Positions 36,938 through 48,217 of a DNA stretch of 64,000 nucleotides are shown piece after piece. The stretch is from an uncultured Chitinophagales bacterium. Its GTDB lineage: Bacteria; Bacteroidota; Ignavibacteria; UBA10030; F1-140-MAGs086. Location: NCBI GenBank assembly GCA_964358705.1, contig CAYHPL010000005.1:4566-68565 (forward strand). Direction: 5' to 3'. The notes beneath the pieces were generated by a model. The model did no database searches. It was not told the DNA's origin and worked only from the letters and a program-made list of their open reading frames with translations. The position numbers and the translations under genes are program-made. Numbering within the stretch: position 1 is the stretch's first letter; the number at the start of each line of letters is the position of its first letter.

Positions 36938-38398
36938 ATGCCAAAACAACAAGAAAACATAATGGATAAAATCGTCTCGCTCGCAAAACGGCGGGGCTTC
37001 GTCTTTCAATCATCGGAAATTTACGGCGGACTCAACGGCTGTTGGGATTACGGTCCGCTCGGCGTTGAACTTTTGCGCAACGTGAAAGATGCGTGGTGGA
37101 AAGCGATGACGTTTCGCGACAACATCGAAGGACTTGACGCTTCAATACTTATGCATCCGCGCGTGTGGGAAGCATCGGGACACGTAGAAAATTTTACCGA
37201 CCCGATGGTAGATTGCAAAAGTTGTAAAGCGCGTTATCGTGTAGATATTTTGCTCGATGAACTTTCGACGAAAAAGAAAAAAGAAACTCTGCGCGAAATG
37301 TTTCCGGGAAAATTTGAAGGACAACAAAAAGATGAAATCATCGAAAGTGAATTTGCTAAAATCGCAAATGATGATAATGCTCTCCGCACTTTACTTGTTG
37401 CACTTTCTTGTCCGCAATGTGGAAACAAAAGCACGTTCACCGACGCGCGCAAATTTAATTTGATGTTCAAAACATTTATCGGTCCGATGGAAGATTCTTC
37501 CGCTGTTGTGTATCTGCGACCGGAAACTGCGCAAGGAATTTTCGTGAACTTTCTCAACGTGCAATCAGCATCGCGGCAAAAAATTCCATTCGGCATTGCG
37601 CAAATCGGAAAAGCGTTTCGCAATGAAATCAACACGAAAAATTTTCTGTTCCGCACGCGCGAGTTTGAACAAATGGAAATGCAGTTTTTTGTAAAACCGG
37701 AAACCGACGAAATGTGGTTTGAATACTGGCGCGAACAGCGTATGCAATGGTTTCTCGATTTAGGAATGAGAAAAGAAAAATTGCAATGGCACAAGCACGA
37801 TAAACTTGCGCATTACGCTCGCAATGCTTACGATATTGAATATCAATTTCCGTTTGGCTGGGGAGAAATTGAAGGCATACACAATCGCACGAATTTTGAT
37901 TTGTCGCGTCACGAAGAATACAGCGGAAAGAGTTTGAAATACTTTGATGAAGAAGCGAAAGAAAAATATGTTCCGTTCATCATCGAAACATCTGCGGGAG
38001 CGAGCCGTTCTTGTATGGCGTTTTTGATTGAAGCGTATCGTGAAGAAGAAGCGCGCACTTCAAATGGCGAAATGGAAACACGCGTTGTATTGAAATTCAA
38101 TCCGAAACTTGCGCCGATTAAAGCCGCAATTTTTCCGCTTGTCAATCGCGATGGAATGCCGGAGATTGCGAAAATAATTGAACACGATTTGCGTCCGAGT
38201 TTCCGCGTGTTCTATGATGATAGCGGCGCAGTGGGAAGAAGATACAGAAGACAAGATGAAGTAGGAACGCCATTTTGTATTACTGTTGATTCGGAAACGT
38301 TAGAAAATCAAACAGTAACAATTCGCGAGCGAGATTCGATGGAACAAGTGCGAGTGAATATTTCGCAATTGAAAAGTTGGTTGAGTGAGAGGTTGTAA
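36938..38398 (+). CDS. glyS: Glycine--tRNA ligase, dimeric type
   Basis: WDYGPLG, YLRPETAQG, GKAFRNEI, FRTREFEQME and GRRYRRQDEVGTP. Confidence 0.96.
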   Translation: MPKQQENIMDKIVSLAKRRGFVFQSSEIYGGLNGCWDYGPLGVELLRNVKDAWWKAMTFRDNIEGLDASILMHPRVWEASGHVENFTDPMVDCKSCKARYRVDILLDELSTKKKKETLREMFPGKFEGQQKDEIIESEFAKIANDDNALRTLLVALSCPQCGNKSTFTDARKFNLMFKTFIGPMEDSSAVVYLRPETAQGIFVNFLNVQSASRQKIPFGIAQIGKAFRNEINTKNFLFRTREFEQMEMQFFVKPETDEMWFEYWREQRMQWFLDLGMRKEKLQWHKHDKLAHYARNAYDIEYQFPFGWGEIEGIHNRTNFDLSRHEEYSGKSLKYFDEEAKEKYVPFIIETSAGASRSCMAFLIEAYREEEARTSNGEMETRVVLKFNPKLAPIKAAIFPLVNRDGMPEIAKIIEHDLRPSFRVFYDDSGAVGRRYRRQDEVGTPFCITVDSETLENQTVTIRERDSMEQVRVNISQLKSWLSERL

Positions 38399-38410
38399 AT
38401 TGAATTATTC

Positions 38411-38490
38411 ACCACGGATTACACGAATACTACACGGATTTTCACGAATCAATCTGTGCAGATTCGTGTTTCATCCGCGTAATTCGTGGT
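38411..38490. repeat. 80-bp compound palindrome of cacggat/cacgaat units
   Basis: accacggattacacgaat... pairs with ...atccgcgtaattcgtggt. Confidence 0.8.
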
Positions 38491-39251
38491 TAATTTTCTT
38501 CTTTCCATTCCTCGTTTTCTCCCAATCGAGAACAGAAATGGAAAAGAAAATTGAAAATGCAATTCCACTTATTTATCATTGCAAGTTTGATGAAGCAGAA
38601 TGTAATTTCGATTCGATAAAAAAAAATTATCCTTCTGCCCCTGAGGGATATTTTTTTTCTGCGATGGTAACATATTGGAGAATACTGATGGACAGAGAGA
38701 ATAAACAGTTTGATGAAAAATATTTTTTGCAAATAGAAAAAACAATTGAAGTTTGCGATAAAATATTAGACACGAATGAAAACGACGCGCAAGCTATTTT
38801 TTATAAAGGAGGCTCTCTCGGTTATCGCGGACGGTTGGAAGTACATCGCAAAAATTGGTTCTCTGCTGTAAGCAATGGAAGAAAGGGCTTGTCGTTGATG
38901 CTCGAAGCATACGAGCGGGATAAAGAAAATACCGACACATATTTAGGAATGGGTTTATATCAATATTACGCTGAAGCAATTCCCGAAGAATTTCCAATTG
39001 TGAAACCGTTGATGTGGTTTCTTCCTGACGGAGACAAAAAACAAGGCATTGATTTTTTAACGAAAGCAACACGTCAAGGAAAATTTACCAATATTGAGGC
39101 AACATATTTTCTCCTCCAGATATATTTTCGCTTTGAAAAAAATTATGAAAAGGCACTGCCTGTCGCTGATAAATTGCATAACGAGTTTCCAGAGAATCCG
39201 ATGTTTAAAAGGATTTATAATAAATGTAAAGAATCTTTAAAAAATAATTAG
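38466..39251 (+). CDS. Exported TPR-like protein
   Basis: Helical repeats (DTYLGMGLYQYY); signal peptide ends LVFS-Q; start uncertain (GTG 38466 or TTG 38400). Confidence 0.75.
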   Translation: MFHPRNSWLIFFFPFLVFSQSRTEMEKKIENAIPLIYHCKFDEAECNFDSIKKNYPSAPEGYFFSAMVTYWRILMDRENKQFDEKYFLQIEKTIEVCDKILDTNENDAQAIFYKGGSLGYRGRLEVHRKNWFSAVSNGRKGLSLMLEAYERDKENTDTYLGMGLYQYYAEAIPEEFPIVKPLMWFLPDGDKKQGIDFLTKATRQGKFTNIEATYFLLQIYFRFEKNYEKALPVADKLHNEFPENPMFKRIYNKCKESLKNN

Positions 39252-39298
39252 TCATTTGTAATTTGAAATTTACCACTGACAATTTTAAAAAATAAAAA

Positions 39299-40030
39299 AT
39301 GTTAAAAATTATCCTACTTGGATTGCTTGCGTCTCTTGCAGAACTGCTTGGAGGTATTGTAGTTGTTCAGGGGAAAAAATGGCTCGGACACATTCAGGAA
39401 TATTTGCTTGCACTCTCTGCCGGATTTCTGCTCGCACTTGTATTTTTTGAACTCATCCCAGAAAGCATCGCTTCCATAGGAACATCTGCACCGCTCTATA
39501 TTCTGCTTGGATTTTCTTTTCTCCATTTTTTTGAACATACTATTGTCGGTCATTTTCATTTCGGGGAAGAAATACATCATCACGAAATTGTCAAACCATT
39601 CGCTGGAATTTCTGCTGTACTTGGACTTGCAATTCACGCTTTTTTTGACGGACTTTCCATTTCTTCCGCAATGCTCTTCAATGAAAACATCGGCATACTT
39701 GTCTTCATAGCAATTTTACTACACAAATTTCCTGAAGGATTAACTGTCGCATCCATTACGCTTGCATCAAATCGCTCCACACAATACGCAATTGCTTCGG
39801 CGGTTGGATTAGCGTTAGCAACGCTTGTTGGTATTCTTGCAGTATTTATGTTCACGAATATCAATGCAAACTTTATCGGCATTACGTTTGCATTTTCTGC
39901 GGGAACTGCAACGTATGTTGGCGCAAGTGATTTGATTCCGGAAATCAACCATTCCAAAAACCGCATTACACCGCTAGTGGTGTTTGGCGGAATGGCGTTG
40001 TTTTATTTGAGCACACTTTTGCTTAAATAA
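39299..40030 (+). CDS. ZIP-family metal transporter
   Basis: HFHFGEEIHHH loop, IHAFFDG, LHKFPEG and ASDLIPE. Confidence 0.92.
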   Translation: MLKIILLGLLASLAELLGGIVVVQGKKWLGHIQEYLLALSAGFLLALVFFELIPESIASIGTSAPLYILLGFSFLHFFEHTIVGHFHFGEEIHHHEIVKPFAGISAVLGLAIHAFFDGLSISSAMLFNENIGILVFIAILLHKFPEGLTVASITLASNRSTQYAIASAVGLALATLVGILAVFMFTNINANFIGITFAFSAGTATYVGASDLIPEINHSKNRITPLVVFGGMALFYLSTLLLK

Positions 40031-40051
40031 TATTGCATTTTTCTGAAAAAT

Positions 40052-40096
40052 AAAAAACCCTTGCTTCATTATAAAAAGCAAGGGTTGTATTTTTTT
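40052..40096. terminator. Bidirectional terminator
   Basis: aacccttgctt...aagcaagggtt with A/T flanks between convergent genes. Confidence 0.75.
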
Positions 40097-40110
40097 GTGA
40101 GAGAGTTGTT

Positions 40111-42645
40111 TCAATTCATCTGTATTTCCGTAGTCATGCTATTTTCTGTTGATGTCAGTTCTGCGGAGATTTCTGATGCGGTAACAGGGGTTGCGTTTTC
40201 TAATTCCTTCAACACATCTATAAATTTCAACCCTTCGCTTACGCTGTCGTAATCCACCTGCACTTTACTGTTATCGCCGATATTTTTATTGAGTATCTCT
40301 TCGGCAAGCGGGTCTTCGATGTGCTTCTGTATCATTCTTCGCAACGGACGTGCGCCAAATTCTTCATTGTATCCTTCCGATAAAAGAAAATTCAACGCGG
40401 GTTCTGTGAGTTCCAGAGAAACATTCAAATGCGTCATTCGTTTCGTTAATTCTTTTATCTGCAAAAGAATAATCTGCGCAATATGCTCTCTTGATAGACG
40501 ATGAAATACTATGAGTTCATCAACGCGGTTCAGAAATTCCGGGCTGAACACTTTTTTCACTGCACCTTCAATAGTTGATTTCATTGAAGAATATTTGTCC
40601 TTCGGTTCGTCTGCGCCAAATCCTAAGCCGCCGCCAAGTTTAATTTCTCTTGTACCAATATTGGATGTTAAAATAATAATTGTGTTTTTAAAATCAACTT
40701 TTCTTCCAAGACTATCAGTAAGTATTCCGTCTTCAAGTACCTGCAGTAAAATATTAAACACATCGGGATGCGCTTTTTCTATCTCATCGAGCAACACAAT
40801 GGAATACGGTTTGCGCCGCACTTTTTCGGTAAGTTGACCGCCCTCTTCATAGCCGACATAACCGGGAGGTGCGCCCACTAATCGCGACACAGAAAATTTT
40901 TCCATATACTCACTCATATCAATGCGAATCAAAGCGTCTTCAGTATCAAATAAATATTTCGCAAGCACTTTCGCGAGTTCTGTTTTTCCAACGCCGGTAG
41001 GACCTAAAAAAATGAAGGAGCCAATAGGACGCTTCGGGTCCTTCAATCCTGCACGCGAGCGGCGAATTGCTTTGGCGAGTTTTTCTATGGGTTCATTTTG
41101 CCCGATGATGAGTTTCTTTAATTCATCGGACATTTTTAAAAGTTTTTCTGATTCGGATTGCGCAACTTTATTAACGGGAATTCCCGTCATCATTGCAACA
41201 ACATCTGCGACGTGGTCTTCTGTAACATTAAACACTGTTTCTTCTGTACGTAAATCCCATTCCCGTTTTGCAATTTCCAAATCGCTGAGCAGTTTTTTTT
41301 CCAAATCGCGCAGACGAGCGGCTTCTTCGAAATTCTGGTTGCGCACAACCTGATTTTTGGATGATTTAATTGCTTCAATTTGCTCTTCGAGTTCAACAAT
41401 TTCTTTCGGGACGTGGATGTTTTCTAAATGCACGCGCGAACCTGATTCATCCATTACATCAATTGCTTTGTCCGGAAAATGTCTGTCGGTAATATAGCGG
41501 TCGCTCAGTTTTACTGTTTCTTCAATTGCTTTATCGCTGTAATGCACACCATGATGCGTTTCATATTTGTGTTTAATATTTTTTAAAATGGTAATTGTAT
41601 CATCAACACTTGTCGGCTCAACCATTATTTTTTGAAATCGCCTGTCAAGCGCACCATCTTTTTCGATGAATTCTCGGTATTCATTTAATGTTGTTGCGCC
41701 GATGCACTGCAATTCGCCACGCGCCAGCGCAGGTTTAAACATATTGGAAGCATCAAGCGAACCGGATGCGCCGCCTGCTCCAACTATTGTGTGCAATTCA
41801 TCAATAAATAAAATTACATCGCGCGATTTTTCCAACTCATTCATTACTGCTTTCATGCGCTCTTCAAATTGTCCGCGATATTTTGTGCCCGCAACAAGAG
41901 CGGCTAAATCAAGCGTAACAACGCGCTTATCGTGCAACACACGCGAAACTTTTTTCTCAACAATGCGCACTGCTAATCCTTCTGCAATGGCAGTCTTCCC
42001 TACGCCTGGCTCTCCGATTAAAACCGGATTATTTTTCTTTCTCCTGCTGAGAACCTGCGCAACACGTTCAATTTCTTTTTCGCGTCCTACAATTGGGTCT
42101 AACTTATCTTCACGAGCAAGCCGAGTTAAATCGCGTCCGTATGTATCAAGTACGGGCGTTTTGGATTTTTCTTGTTTCTTTTCTTTTGTTGGAGGTGGTG
42201 TGCTCGGTTTTCCTTGAATAATATTATCTAATTCCTGCCGAACGGTGTCGTAATGAACGTTGTATTGATGGAGAATTTGCGCCGCAATATTATCATCATC
42301 GCGCAAGAGAGAGAGAAGCAAATGTTCCGTTCCGATAACTTCGGATTTGTAAAGCTTTGCTTCGAGATAGGTGATTTTTAAAACTTTTTCTGCTTGCTTT
42401 GTCAGTGGAATATTGCCAACAGTTAATGTGCCTCCGGAAATGCGCACGCTGTCTTCAATGGATTTTTTCAAGCGATACAAATCCACGCCGAGATTCCGTA
42501 AAATTTTTACAGCAATTCCTTCGCCTTCACGAATAATGCCAAGTAATAAATGTTCTGTACCTATATAATCGTGCCCAAGCCGAAGCGCTTCTTCCCTGCT
42601 TAAACGAATTACATCTTGTACGCGATTGGAAAAATTACCTTCCAT
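40111..42645 (-). CDS. clpC: ATP-dependent Clp protease ATP-binding subunit
   Basis: Clp_N repeats, GEPGVGKT and GPTGVGKT Walker A motifs, UVR coil. Confidence 0.96.
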   Translation of the reverse strand: MEGNFSNRVQDVIRLSREEALRLGHDYIGTEHLLLGIIREGEGIAVKILRNLGVDLYRLKKSIEDSVRISGGTLTVGNIPLTKQAEKVLKITYLEAKLYKSEVIGTEHLLLSLLRDDDNIAAQILHQYNVHYDTVRQELDNIIQGKPSTPPPTKEKKQEKSKTPVLDTYGRDLTRLAREDKLDPIVGREKEIERVAQVLSRRKKNNPVLIGEPGVGKTAIAEGLAVRIVEKKVSRVLHDKRVVTLDLAALVAGTKYRGQFEERMKAVMNELEKSRDVILFIDELHTIVGAGGASGSLDASNMFKPALARGELQCIGATTLNEYREFIEKDGALDRRFQKIMVEPTSVDDTITILKNIKHKYETHHGVHYSDKAIEETVKLSDRYITDRHFPDKAIDVMDESGSRVHLENIHVPKEIVELEEQIEAIKSSKNQVVRNQNFEEAARLRDLEKKLLSDLEIAKREWDLRTEETVFNVTEDHVADVVAMMTGIPVNKVAQSESEKLLKMSDELKKLIIGQNEPIEKLAKAIRRSRAGLKDPKRPIGSFIFLGPTGVGKTELAKVLAKYLFDTEDALIRIDMSEYMEKFSVSRLVGAPPGYVGYEEGGQLTEKVRRKPYSIVLLDEIEKAHPDVFNILLQVLEDGILTDSLGRKVDFKNTIIILTSNIGTREIKLGGGLGFGADEPKDKYSSMKSTIEGAVKKVFSPEFLNRVDELIVFHRLSREHIAQIILLQIKELTKRMTHLNVSLELTEPALNFLLSEGYNEEFGARPLRRMIQKHIEDPLAEEILNKNIGDNSKVQVDYDSVSEGLKFIDVLKELENATPVTASEISAELTSTENSMTTEIQMN

Positions 42646-42770
42646 ATATAGTCTGTTGTATTAAAAAAGTGGTTTATAGGTCAAATTTTGTGTGTAGAAT
42701 ATAGGTAAAAAGGGATGTGAGGACAAACGATGTTTTATCTGAAAAAGGATGAAATTTTTCCTCTAAATTT

Positions 42771-43784
42771 TTACTCCAAAACATATTTCATACTGTGCTC
42801 AATTTCCTTTTCATTTCTTTCAGATATTTTTCTTGCATACCAGTCAATTGTTTGAAAGACTTCTTCTACGGTAACATATTTCATAAGTTCTGCACGCAAC
42901 GCAGCAACAGAATGTGCAGAGCGCAAATATCCGCTATAATATTTTCGGAATTCAAGTACACCGCGTCGCTCTCCTTTATGCTCAGTGGCAATTTTCAAAT
43001 GCTCCTTCATCGTTTCTATTTTATCGAAAATTGTTATCGGAGGAAGCAATTCACCTGTTTTCAGATAGTGTTTTATTTCCTGAAAAATCCATGGATTATT
43101 TATTGCGCCGCGACCAATCATTATTCCGTCGCATCCTGTTTCATCAAAAACTCTTTTTGCTATTTGCGGAGATGTTATATCGCCATTCACCACAATAGGA
43201 ATCTGCACTGCGTTTTTCACTTCGGGAATCCAACGATAATCAGCTGTTCCTGAATGCCCCTGAGCGCGTGTGCGGCAATGGATTGTTAGTGCTTTTGCAC
43301 CGCAATCTTCCACCATTTTTGCGACATCTACAATCTGAATATTTTTTTCATCCCAGCCAAGCCGTGTTTTAACTGTAACGGGTATTGTAACAGCGTTTAC
43401 TGTTGTGGAAATAATTTCACGCATTTTTGGTAAATCGCGAAGCAATCCTGCTCCCGCTCCTCTGTTTGCAACATTTTTCACCCAGCACCCGCAGTTAATA
43501 TCAATTATATCGGGATGAAGTTCTTCTGCCATTTTCGCTGCGTTTTCCATCGAACACTCATTGCCGCCATAAATTTGTATGCCGAATGGTCGTTCCTCCT
43601 CGAGAAAGAACATTTTTTGATACGTCTTGTTCGATTTGCGTGAGAGTCCTTCTGCATTGACAAACTCTGTGTACATAATATCTGCGCCAAGTTTTTTGCA
43701 TACTAAGCGAAAAGGAAGATCCGTAACATCTTCCATTGGCGCAAGTAACAATGGTTTTTCTATTTCAACATTTCCGATATGCAT
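42771..43784 (-). CDS. dusB: tRNA dihydrouridine synthase
   Basis: LAPMEDVTD, DINCGC, TVKTRLGW, NGDI and MIGRGA. Confidence 0.93.
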   Translation of the reverse strand: MHIGNVEIEKPLLLAPMEDVTDLPFRLVCKKLGADIMYTEFVNAEGLSRKSNKTYQKMFFLEEERPFGIQIYGGNECSMENAAKMAEELHPDIIDINCGCWVKNVANRGAGAGLLRDLPKMREIISTTVNAVTIPVTVKTRLGWDEKNIQIVDVAKMVEDCGAKALTIHCRTRAQGHSGTADYRWIPEVKNAVQIPIVVNGDITSPQIAKRVFDETGCDGIMIGRGAINNPWIFQEIKHYLKTGELLPPITIFDKIETMKEHLKIATEHKGERRGVLEFRKYYSGYLRSAHSVAALRAELMKYVTVEEVFQTIDWYARKISERNEKEIEHSMKYVLE

Positions 43785-45938
43785 CTATGCCATCTCGCTT
43801 TCTCTGCGACCCGTTCTGCCAACGAACATTTCAAGCAGTGCAAATACCAATGCGCATAGGATAAAAAATTTCCACAACTCTACGCCATATCGTGATTCAA
43901 GCACAGCAGACATAACTTTTTCCGAAGAAGAAATTGCAGAGACATTTTTTGCTTCTAATCCGTTTGACGAATAAAATTTTTCCATTTCTTCATCAAGAAT
44001 TGAACGTAAATCTGATTCGCGCGCTTCTATATTCACTGAAAAAGAAGCTAATTTTTTTTCGCCTGATACTACAAAATAATTCCCCACAGTCATTCGCGGC
44101 GATAGTGTTGCAAGAAGCCGAAGCGAATTTCCTGATGTATCTTTTGCAAGGTCAATAAATTCTTCATCTCCCGTTAATTTTTCTGCAGGAATAATTTGCA
44201 ATTGTTTCTCCTGCGAAATCTTTCCACGCTGCAGTTGCAGTGTTGGCGATTCTGCGATACAATACGTGTTGCTTTTCTCTGTTCGTAATGCTGCATAAAG
44301 TATTGAGCGATACATTAGCGGAACGAACATTCCTTTGCGCGGCAATTCACTCCACGACAGTGTCGGCGCAATTGCATAGAGTAACATCACGCCATCATTG
44401 AAACGTAATTCGCTCAGCACGGGAGTATTTGATTGAGTAGCAATAATGCTCACTTCAGATTTATCGGGCAACCGCTGTAAGAAAGAAAAAACAGATGGTG
44501 ATTCGTGCGCTGTTTGTTTTTTCGTCAACAATTCATCATAAACGCCTGAAAACAATGGATGCTGATAATCAATTTTTTCCATTGATGCAATGGAAATTCC
44601 CTTTTGCGCAGTTCGCACAATTTGCGTAACGGGCATAATTTTCAGCGGGGAGAAAAATAATGTATTCCACTGTGTAGGAATGGTATTATCGCCCGGGAAA
44701 AAAATTATTCCGCCACCGCGTTGAAGAAATAATTTTAACTGCTCCGTTTCCGTTGTGGTTACTGATGCAAGATTCGAAAGAACAAGCACATCTGTTGCAT
44801 TCAAATTCACACGTGAAAGCGATGAATGTAAATATTTCTGTATAATAAACAATGAGCGCACGCTATCATTGTTCACAGAAAGCGCAAGAAGGGGAAATTG
44901 TATATCGCTTTCCTGTTCCGCAACAAATGCAACGGAAATATTTTCAGGTACATACAGCGAAAAATACTTCGTGTTATCTTCATCCAACGCATCTGATTCT
45001 ACTTCCACTTTGCCGCTGAGCCAACCATTTTCTTTGGGAATGATTGAAAAAGTTTCGGTATGTATTCCCCATTTTGTTATGGAAATATTTTTTTGCGCAA
45101 CCCGTGTCCCGTTCAAAAAAATGCTGACCGCATTATCGCGAACTTCATTTTCAGAATAATTATGAATTGTAACGGCAATTGCAACCGGCTTTCCCTGTTC
45201 GATAATAGATGTTTGTACGGCAATGGAATCAATAGTTACATTAGATTGTTGCGAGAAAATTTTTGAAGCAAATATTCTGACATTTTCTGCAAATAATTTT
45301 TCTGCTGCAGCATTTCGATGCGTCCATTCCGTCGTTTGAAAATCACTCAAGAGGTATAACTCTTTATTATAATTTTGAGATTTTTCCAATAATGATGCCG
45401 CAAGCCCGATTGCATCATTCAACGATGAATGGCGAAAACTGATGGTTGTTTCTCTGATAAGCGTTTTGAGCATAGCAACATCGTGCAACGGTGTTTCTGT
45501 AACAGCAAATGGAATTTCCGACGAGCGAATAAGAAACATTTCATCTCCTTCTTTCATCACATCAACAAGATTGATTGCTGTTTCTTTCGCTTGCTGTAAT
45601 AATTGCCCTTGCTCATTTTGTGCGCTCATACTTAATGTATTATCGAGAAGAATAACCGAAGTAGTACGTGCGCGTGTTCCGACTGCATCACCGATAGAAC
45701 CTTTCAAAGCAGGGCGGGCAAATGCTAACACGATGGAAATGATGATGAGTGTCCGTAAAAGCAGTAATAAGAATTGACGGAGTTTAAGCCGGCGAATTTT
45801 CGTCGTCTGTAATTCTTTTAAAAATGTCAGAGTAGAAAATTCCACTGTGCGGAGTTTGCGGAGGTTCAGCAAATGGAGAATGACAGGAATAGCCGCGCCT
45901 GCAAGCCCGACAAGTACAAATGGATTGAGAAATTGCAT
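43785..45938 (-). CDS. BatA N-terminal / VWA / CARDB-like membrane protein
   Basis: MQFLNP...PVILHLL...FSTL.FL; DNTLSM MIDAS-like motif, LSDFQ; C-terminal ELWK TM helix. Confidence 0.85.
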   Translation of the reverse strand: MQFLNPFVLVGLAGAAIPVILHLLNLRKLRTVEFSTLTFLKELQTTKIRRLKLRQFLLLLLRTLIIISIVLAFARPALKGSIGDAVGTRARTTSVILLDNTLSMSAQNEQGQLLQQAKETAINLVDVMKEGDEMFLIRSSEIPFAVTETPLHDVAMLKTLIRETTISFRHSSLNDAIGLAASLLEKSQNYNKELYLLSDFQTTEWTHRNAAAEKLFAENVRIFASKIFSQQSNVTIDSIAVQTSIIEQGKPVAIAVTIHNYSENEVRDNAVSIFLNGTRVAQKNISITKWGIHTETFSIIPKENGWLSGKVEVESDALDEDNTKYFSLYVPENISVAFVAEQESDIQFPLLALSVNNDSVRSLFIIQKYLHSSLSRVNLNATDVLVLSNLASVTTTETEQLKLFLQRGGGIIFFPGDNTIPTQWNTLFFSPLKIMPVTQIVRTAQKGISIASMEKIDYQHPLFSGVYDELLTKKQTAHESPSVFSFLQRLPDKSEVSIIATQSNTPVLSELRFNDGVMLLYAIAPTLSWSELPRKGMFVPLMYRSILYAALRTEKSNTYCIAESPTLQLQRGKISQEKQLQIIPAEKLTGDEEFIDLAKDTSGNSLRLLATLSPRMTVGNYFVVSGEKKLASFSVNIEARESDLRSILDEEMEKFYSSNGLEAKNVSAISSSEKVMSAVLESRYGVELWKFFILCALVFALLEMFVGRTGRRESEMA

Positions 45939-46053
45939 TATCGGTTGAAAAAATTATTCGATAAAATTTTCACAAAATAAAGGGAAATAGTGTTCACCAT
46001 AATTTATAAACAAAGAAGCACACATTGTATTGCGTGCTTCACAGAAAACGGGT

Positions 46054-48096
46054 CTAAAATCGTTTCTTCTTCTTCTTTGTAAATTTATTATCACGAAGAT
46101 AAATGTATTTATCGAAAGCAGAACTTCCTGCACCATATCGTTTCTTTTGTTCATCCTTTTCCTTTCGCTCTTTCATTTTATCAGCATATTCCTGATGTAC
46201 CGGCTGTACATTGGAGATTGTCAATTTCTTTTTTTTCTTGAATTGTCTTTCTGCGGATTCTCCCTGAGAGGCAGTTATATTTTTCTCCCTCTTTTCAAAA
46301 TGCTGATGTTTCTTTTCAAATAACGTCCGATAATCTTTTTTCTCAGAATTTATTTTCCCTTCTTCATTCGGCGGTTGATGAGAAAAAGAATCACGAGGTT
46401 GATTGTTATCTTGTGAACTTCTATTAGGTCTTCCAAATCTGTCATCATTCCGACGGTCGCGGCGTTCAAATCCGCTACCACGGGAATCATTGCGCCTATC
46501 CGGTCTTCCCGCACTTTCTGATCGCGGACCACCACTGCGTTCACGTCTGCCAAATCCTTCTTTGTGTTCTCGTTGCCCAAACCCTTCTTTACGCTCTCCA
46601 CTACTTCGTTCACGCTGTCCGAACCCTTCGCGAGATTCTCCGCCACTTTGTTCACGTCTTCCAAATCCCTCACGGCGTTCTCCTCCACTTCGCTCGCGTC
46701 TTCCATAACTCTCGCCTCGGTTACCTTCTCTTCTGTCGCGTTGAAAGGGTTTCTTTCGCGGCGAAGATGGTGAATCCTGCTCCTTTGGGTGTTCACTTGT
46801 GAGCGGCTGACCAGAATGTGTTTCTGTACGTTTTTTCTTGGGAAAGCGTTCATCATGTTGCGATGAGCGTGGATGTTCATTACTTAAAGGCTGCATTGGT
46901 AATTCCTCAAAATGTTCTTTTTTTTCAATACGTTGAATAGGGGCGGCGTTTGTAAACCCTTCATATTTCTTTTTTTCAAATTTTTTTCCGATAAATTTTT
47001 CGATGCTTTTCAAATACTTTTCTTCTTCACGCGAAACGAATGTCAGTGCGTCTCCTGTTGCAGAAGCGCGTCCTGTTCGACCGATGCGATGAATATAATC
47101 TTCTGCAAATGTCGGCGTATCATAATTGATGACGTGGGAAATTCCTGTTATATCAATACCGCGTGCGGCGATATCTGTTGCAACAAGAACATTGTAATGC
47201 CCGCGTTTGAATCCCTCCAATGCACGTAATCGCTGACTTTGTGAACGATTGGAATGTATTGCTATTGCTTTTATTTTTTGCTGCTCCAATCGCTTGGTAA
47301 TTTTATCTGCGCCATGTTTTGTGCGCGAAAATACAAGCACGCAATCGAGGTTTTGCGAAGTAATAATGTGATGAAGCAGCGACAATTTTTGGTCTTGTGA
47401 AACAGCATAAAAATGCTGTTGAACACTCTCCACCGGATTATGCGGCTTGCCAACCTGAATTAATTTCGGATGCGTCAGAATTCCTGCCGCAAGTTGCTGA
47501 ATTTCTTTCGACATTGTTGCGGAAAAAAGCATTGTCTGACGCTCTTTGGGAATGAGTGCAACGATACGCTTCACATCGTTGATGAATCCCATATCAAACA
47601 TTCTGTCTGCTTCATCAAGCACAAGAATTTCAATATTGGAAAGATTGATTGTTCTTCGCTGAATATGGTCAAACAAACGTCCCGGTGTTGCTATGATAAC
47701 ATCAACTCCTTTATCTAATGCGCGGAATTGTTTATCCATACTCACACCGCCATACACCGTAACGCTTTTCAGCCGTAAAAATCGTCCGTAGTTTTTCAAC
47801 GATTCTTCTATTTGTAATGCGAGTTCGCGCGTTGGAGTTACGATGAGCGCACGTGTAACACGCTGCGTAATTTTAGGTCCCTTGTGTCCGAGTTCATCAT
47901 ATAACGAAAGTCGCTGTAAAATCGGTAATACAAACGCAGCGGTTTTTCCGGTTCCTGTTTGTGCAATTCCAATTATATCTTTCCCTTCGACTCCAATGGG
48001 AATAGCGTGAGATTGAATTTCTGTTGGCGCTTCATAACCTGTTGCAAGAATTCCCTGTACAAGTTTATCGGCAAGCCCAAGTGATTTAAATGGCAT
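46054..48096 (-). CDS. DEAD-box RNA helicase (RhlE-like) with a long charged tail
   Basis: AQTGTGKT, PTRELA, DEAD, FSAT and HRIGRTGR; about 300-aa low-complexity C-terminus. Confidence 0.95.
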   Translation of the reverse strand: MPFKSLGLADKLVQGILATGYEAPTEIQSHAIPIGVEGKDIIGIAQTGTGKTAAFVLPILQRLSLYDELGHKGPKITQRVTRALIVTPTRELALQIEESLKNYGRFLRLKSVTVYGGVSMDKQFRALDKGVDVIIATPGRLFDHIQRRTINLSNIEILVLDEADRMFDMGFINDVKRIVALIPKERQTMLFSATMSKEIQQLAAGILTHPKLIQVGKPHNPVESVQQHFYAVSQDQKLSLLHHIITSQNLDCVLVFSRTKHGADKITKRLEQQKIKAIAIHSNRSQSQRLRALEGFKRGHYNVLVATDIAARGIDITGISHVINYDTPTFAEDYIHRIGRTGRASATGDALTFVSREEEKYLKSIEKFIGKKFEKKKYEGFTNAAPIQRIEKKEHFEELPMQPLSNEHPRSSQHDERFPKKKRTETHSGQPLTSEHPKEQDSPSSPRKKPFQRDRREGNRGESYGRRERSGGERREGFGRREQSGGESREGFGQRERSSGERKEGFGQREHKEGFGRRERSGGPRSESAGRPDRRNDSRGSGFERRDRRNDDRFGRPNRSSQDNNQPRDSFSHQPPNEEGKINSEKKDYRTLFEKKHQHFEKREKNITASQGESAERQFKKKKKLTISNVQPVHQEYADKMKERKEKDEQKKRYGAGSSAFDKYIYLRDNKFTKKKKKRF

Positions 48097-48217
48097 AAGT
48101 AAGTTGTAGTATTATTTTGAGTTGTGATTGTGATATCGTTTCACTCAAAGGACAATTACTATATGCAGTGGAGTGAGATGATGAGTTAATAAGGTTGTTA
48201 AAAATCAAATTGTAAAA

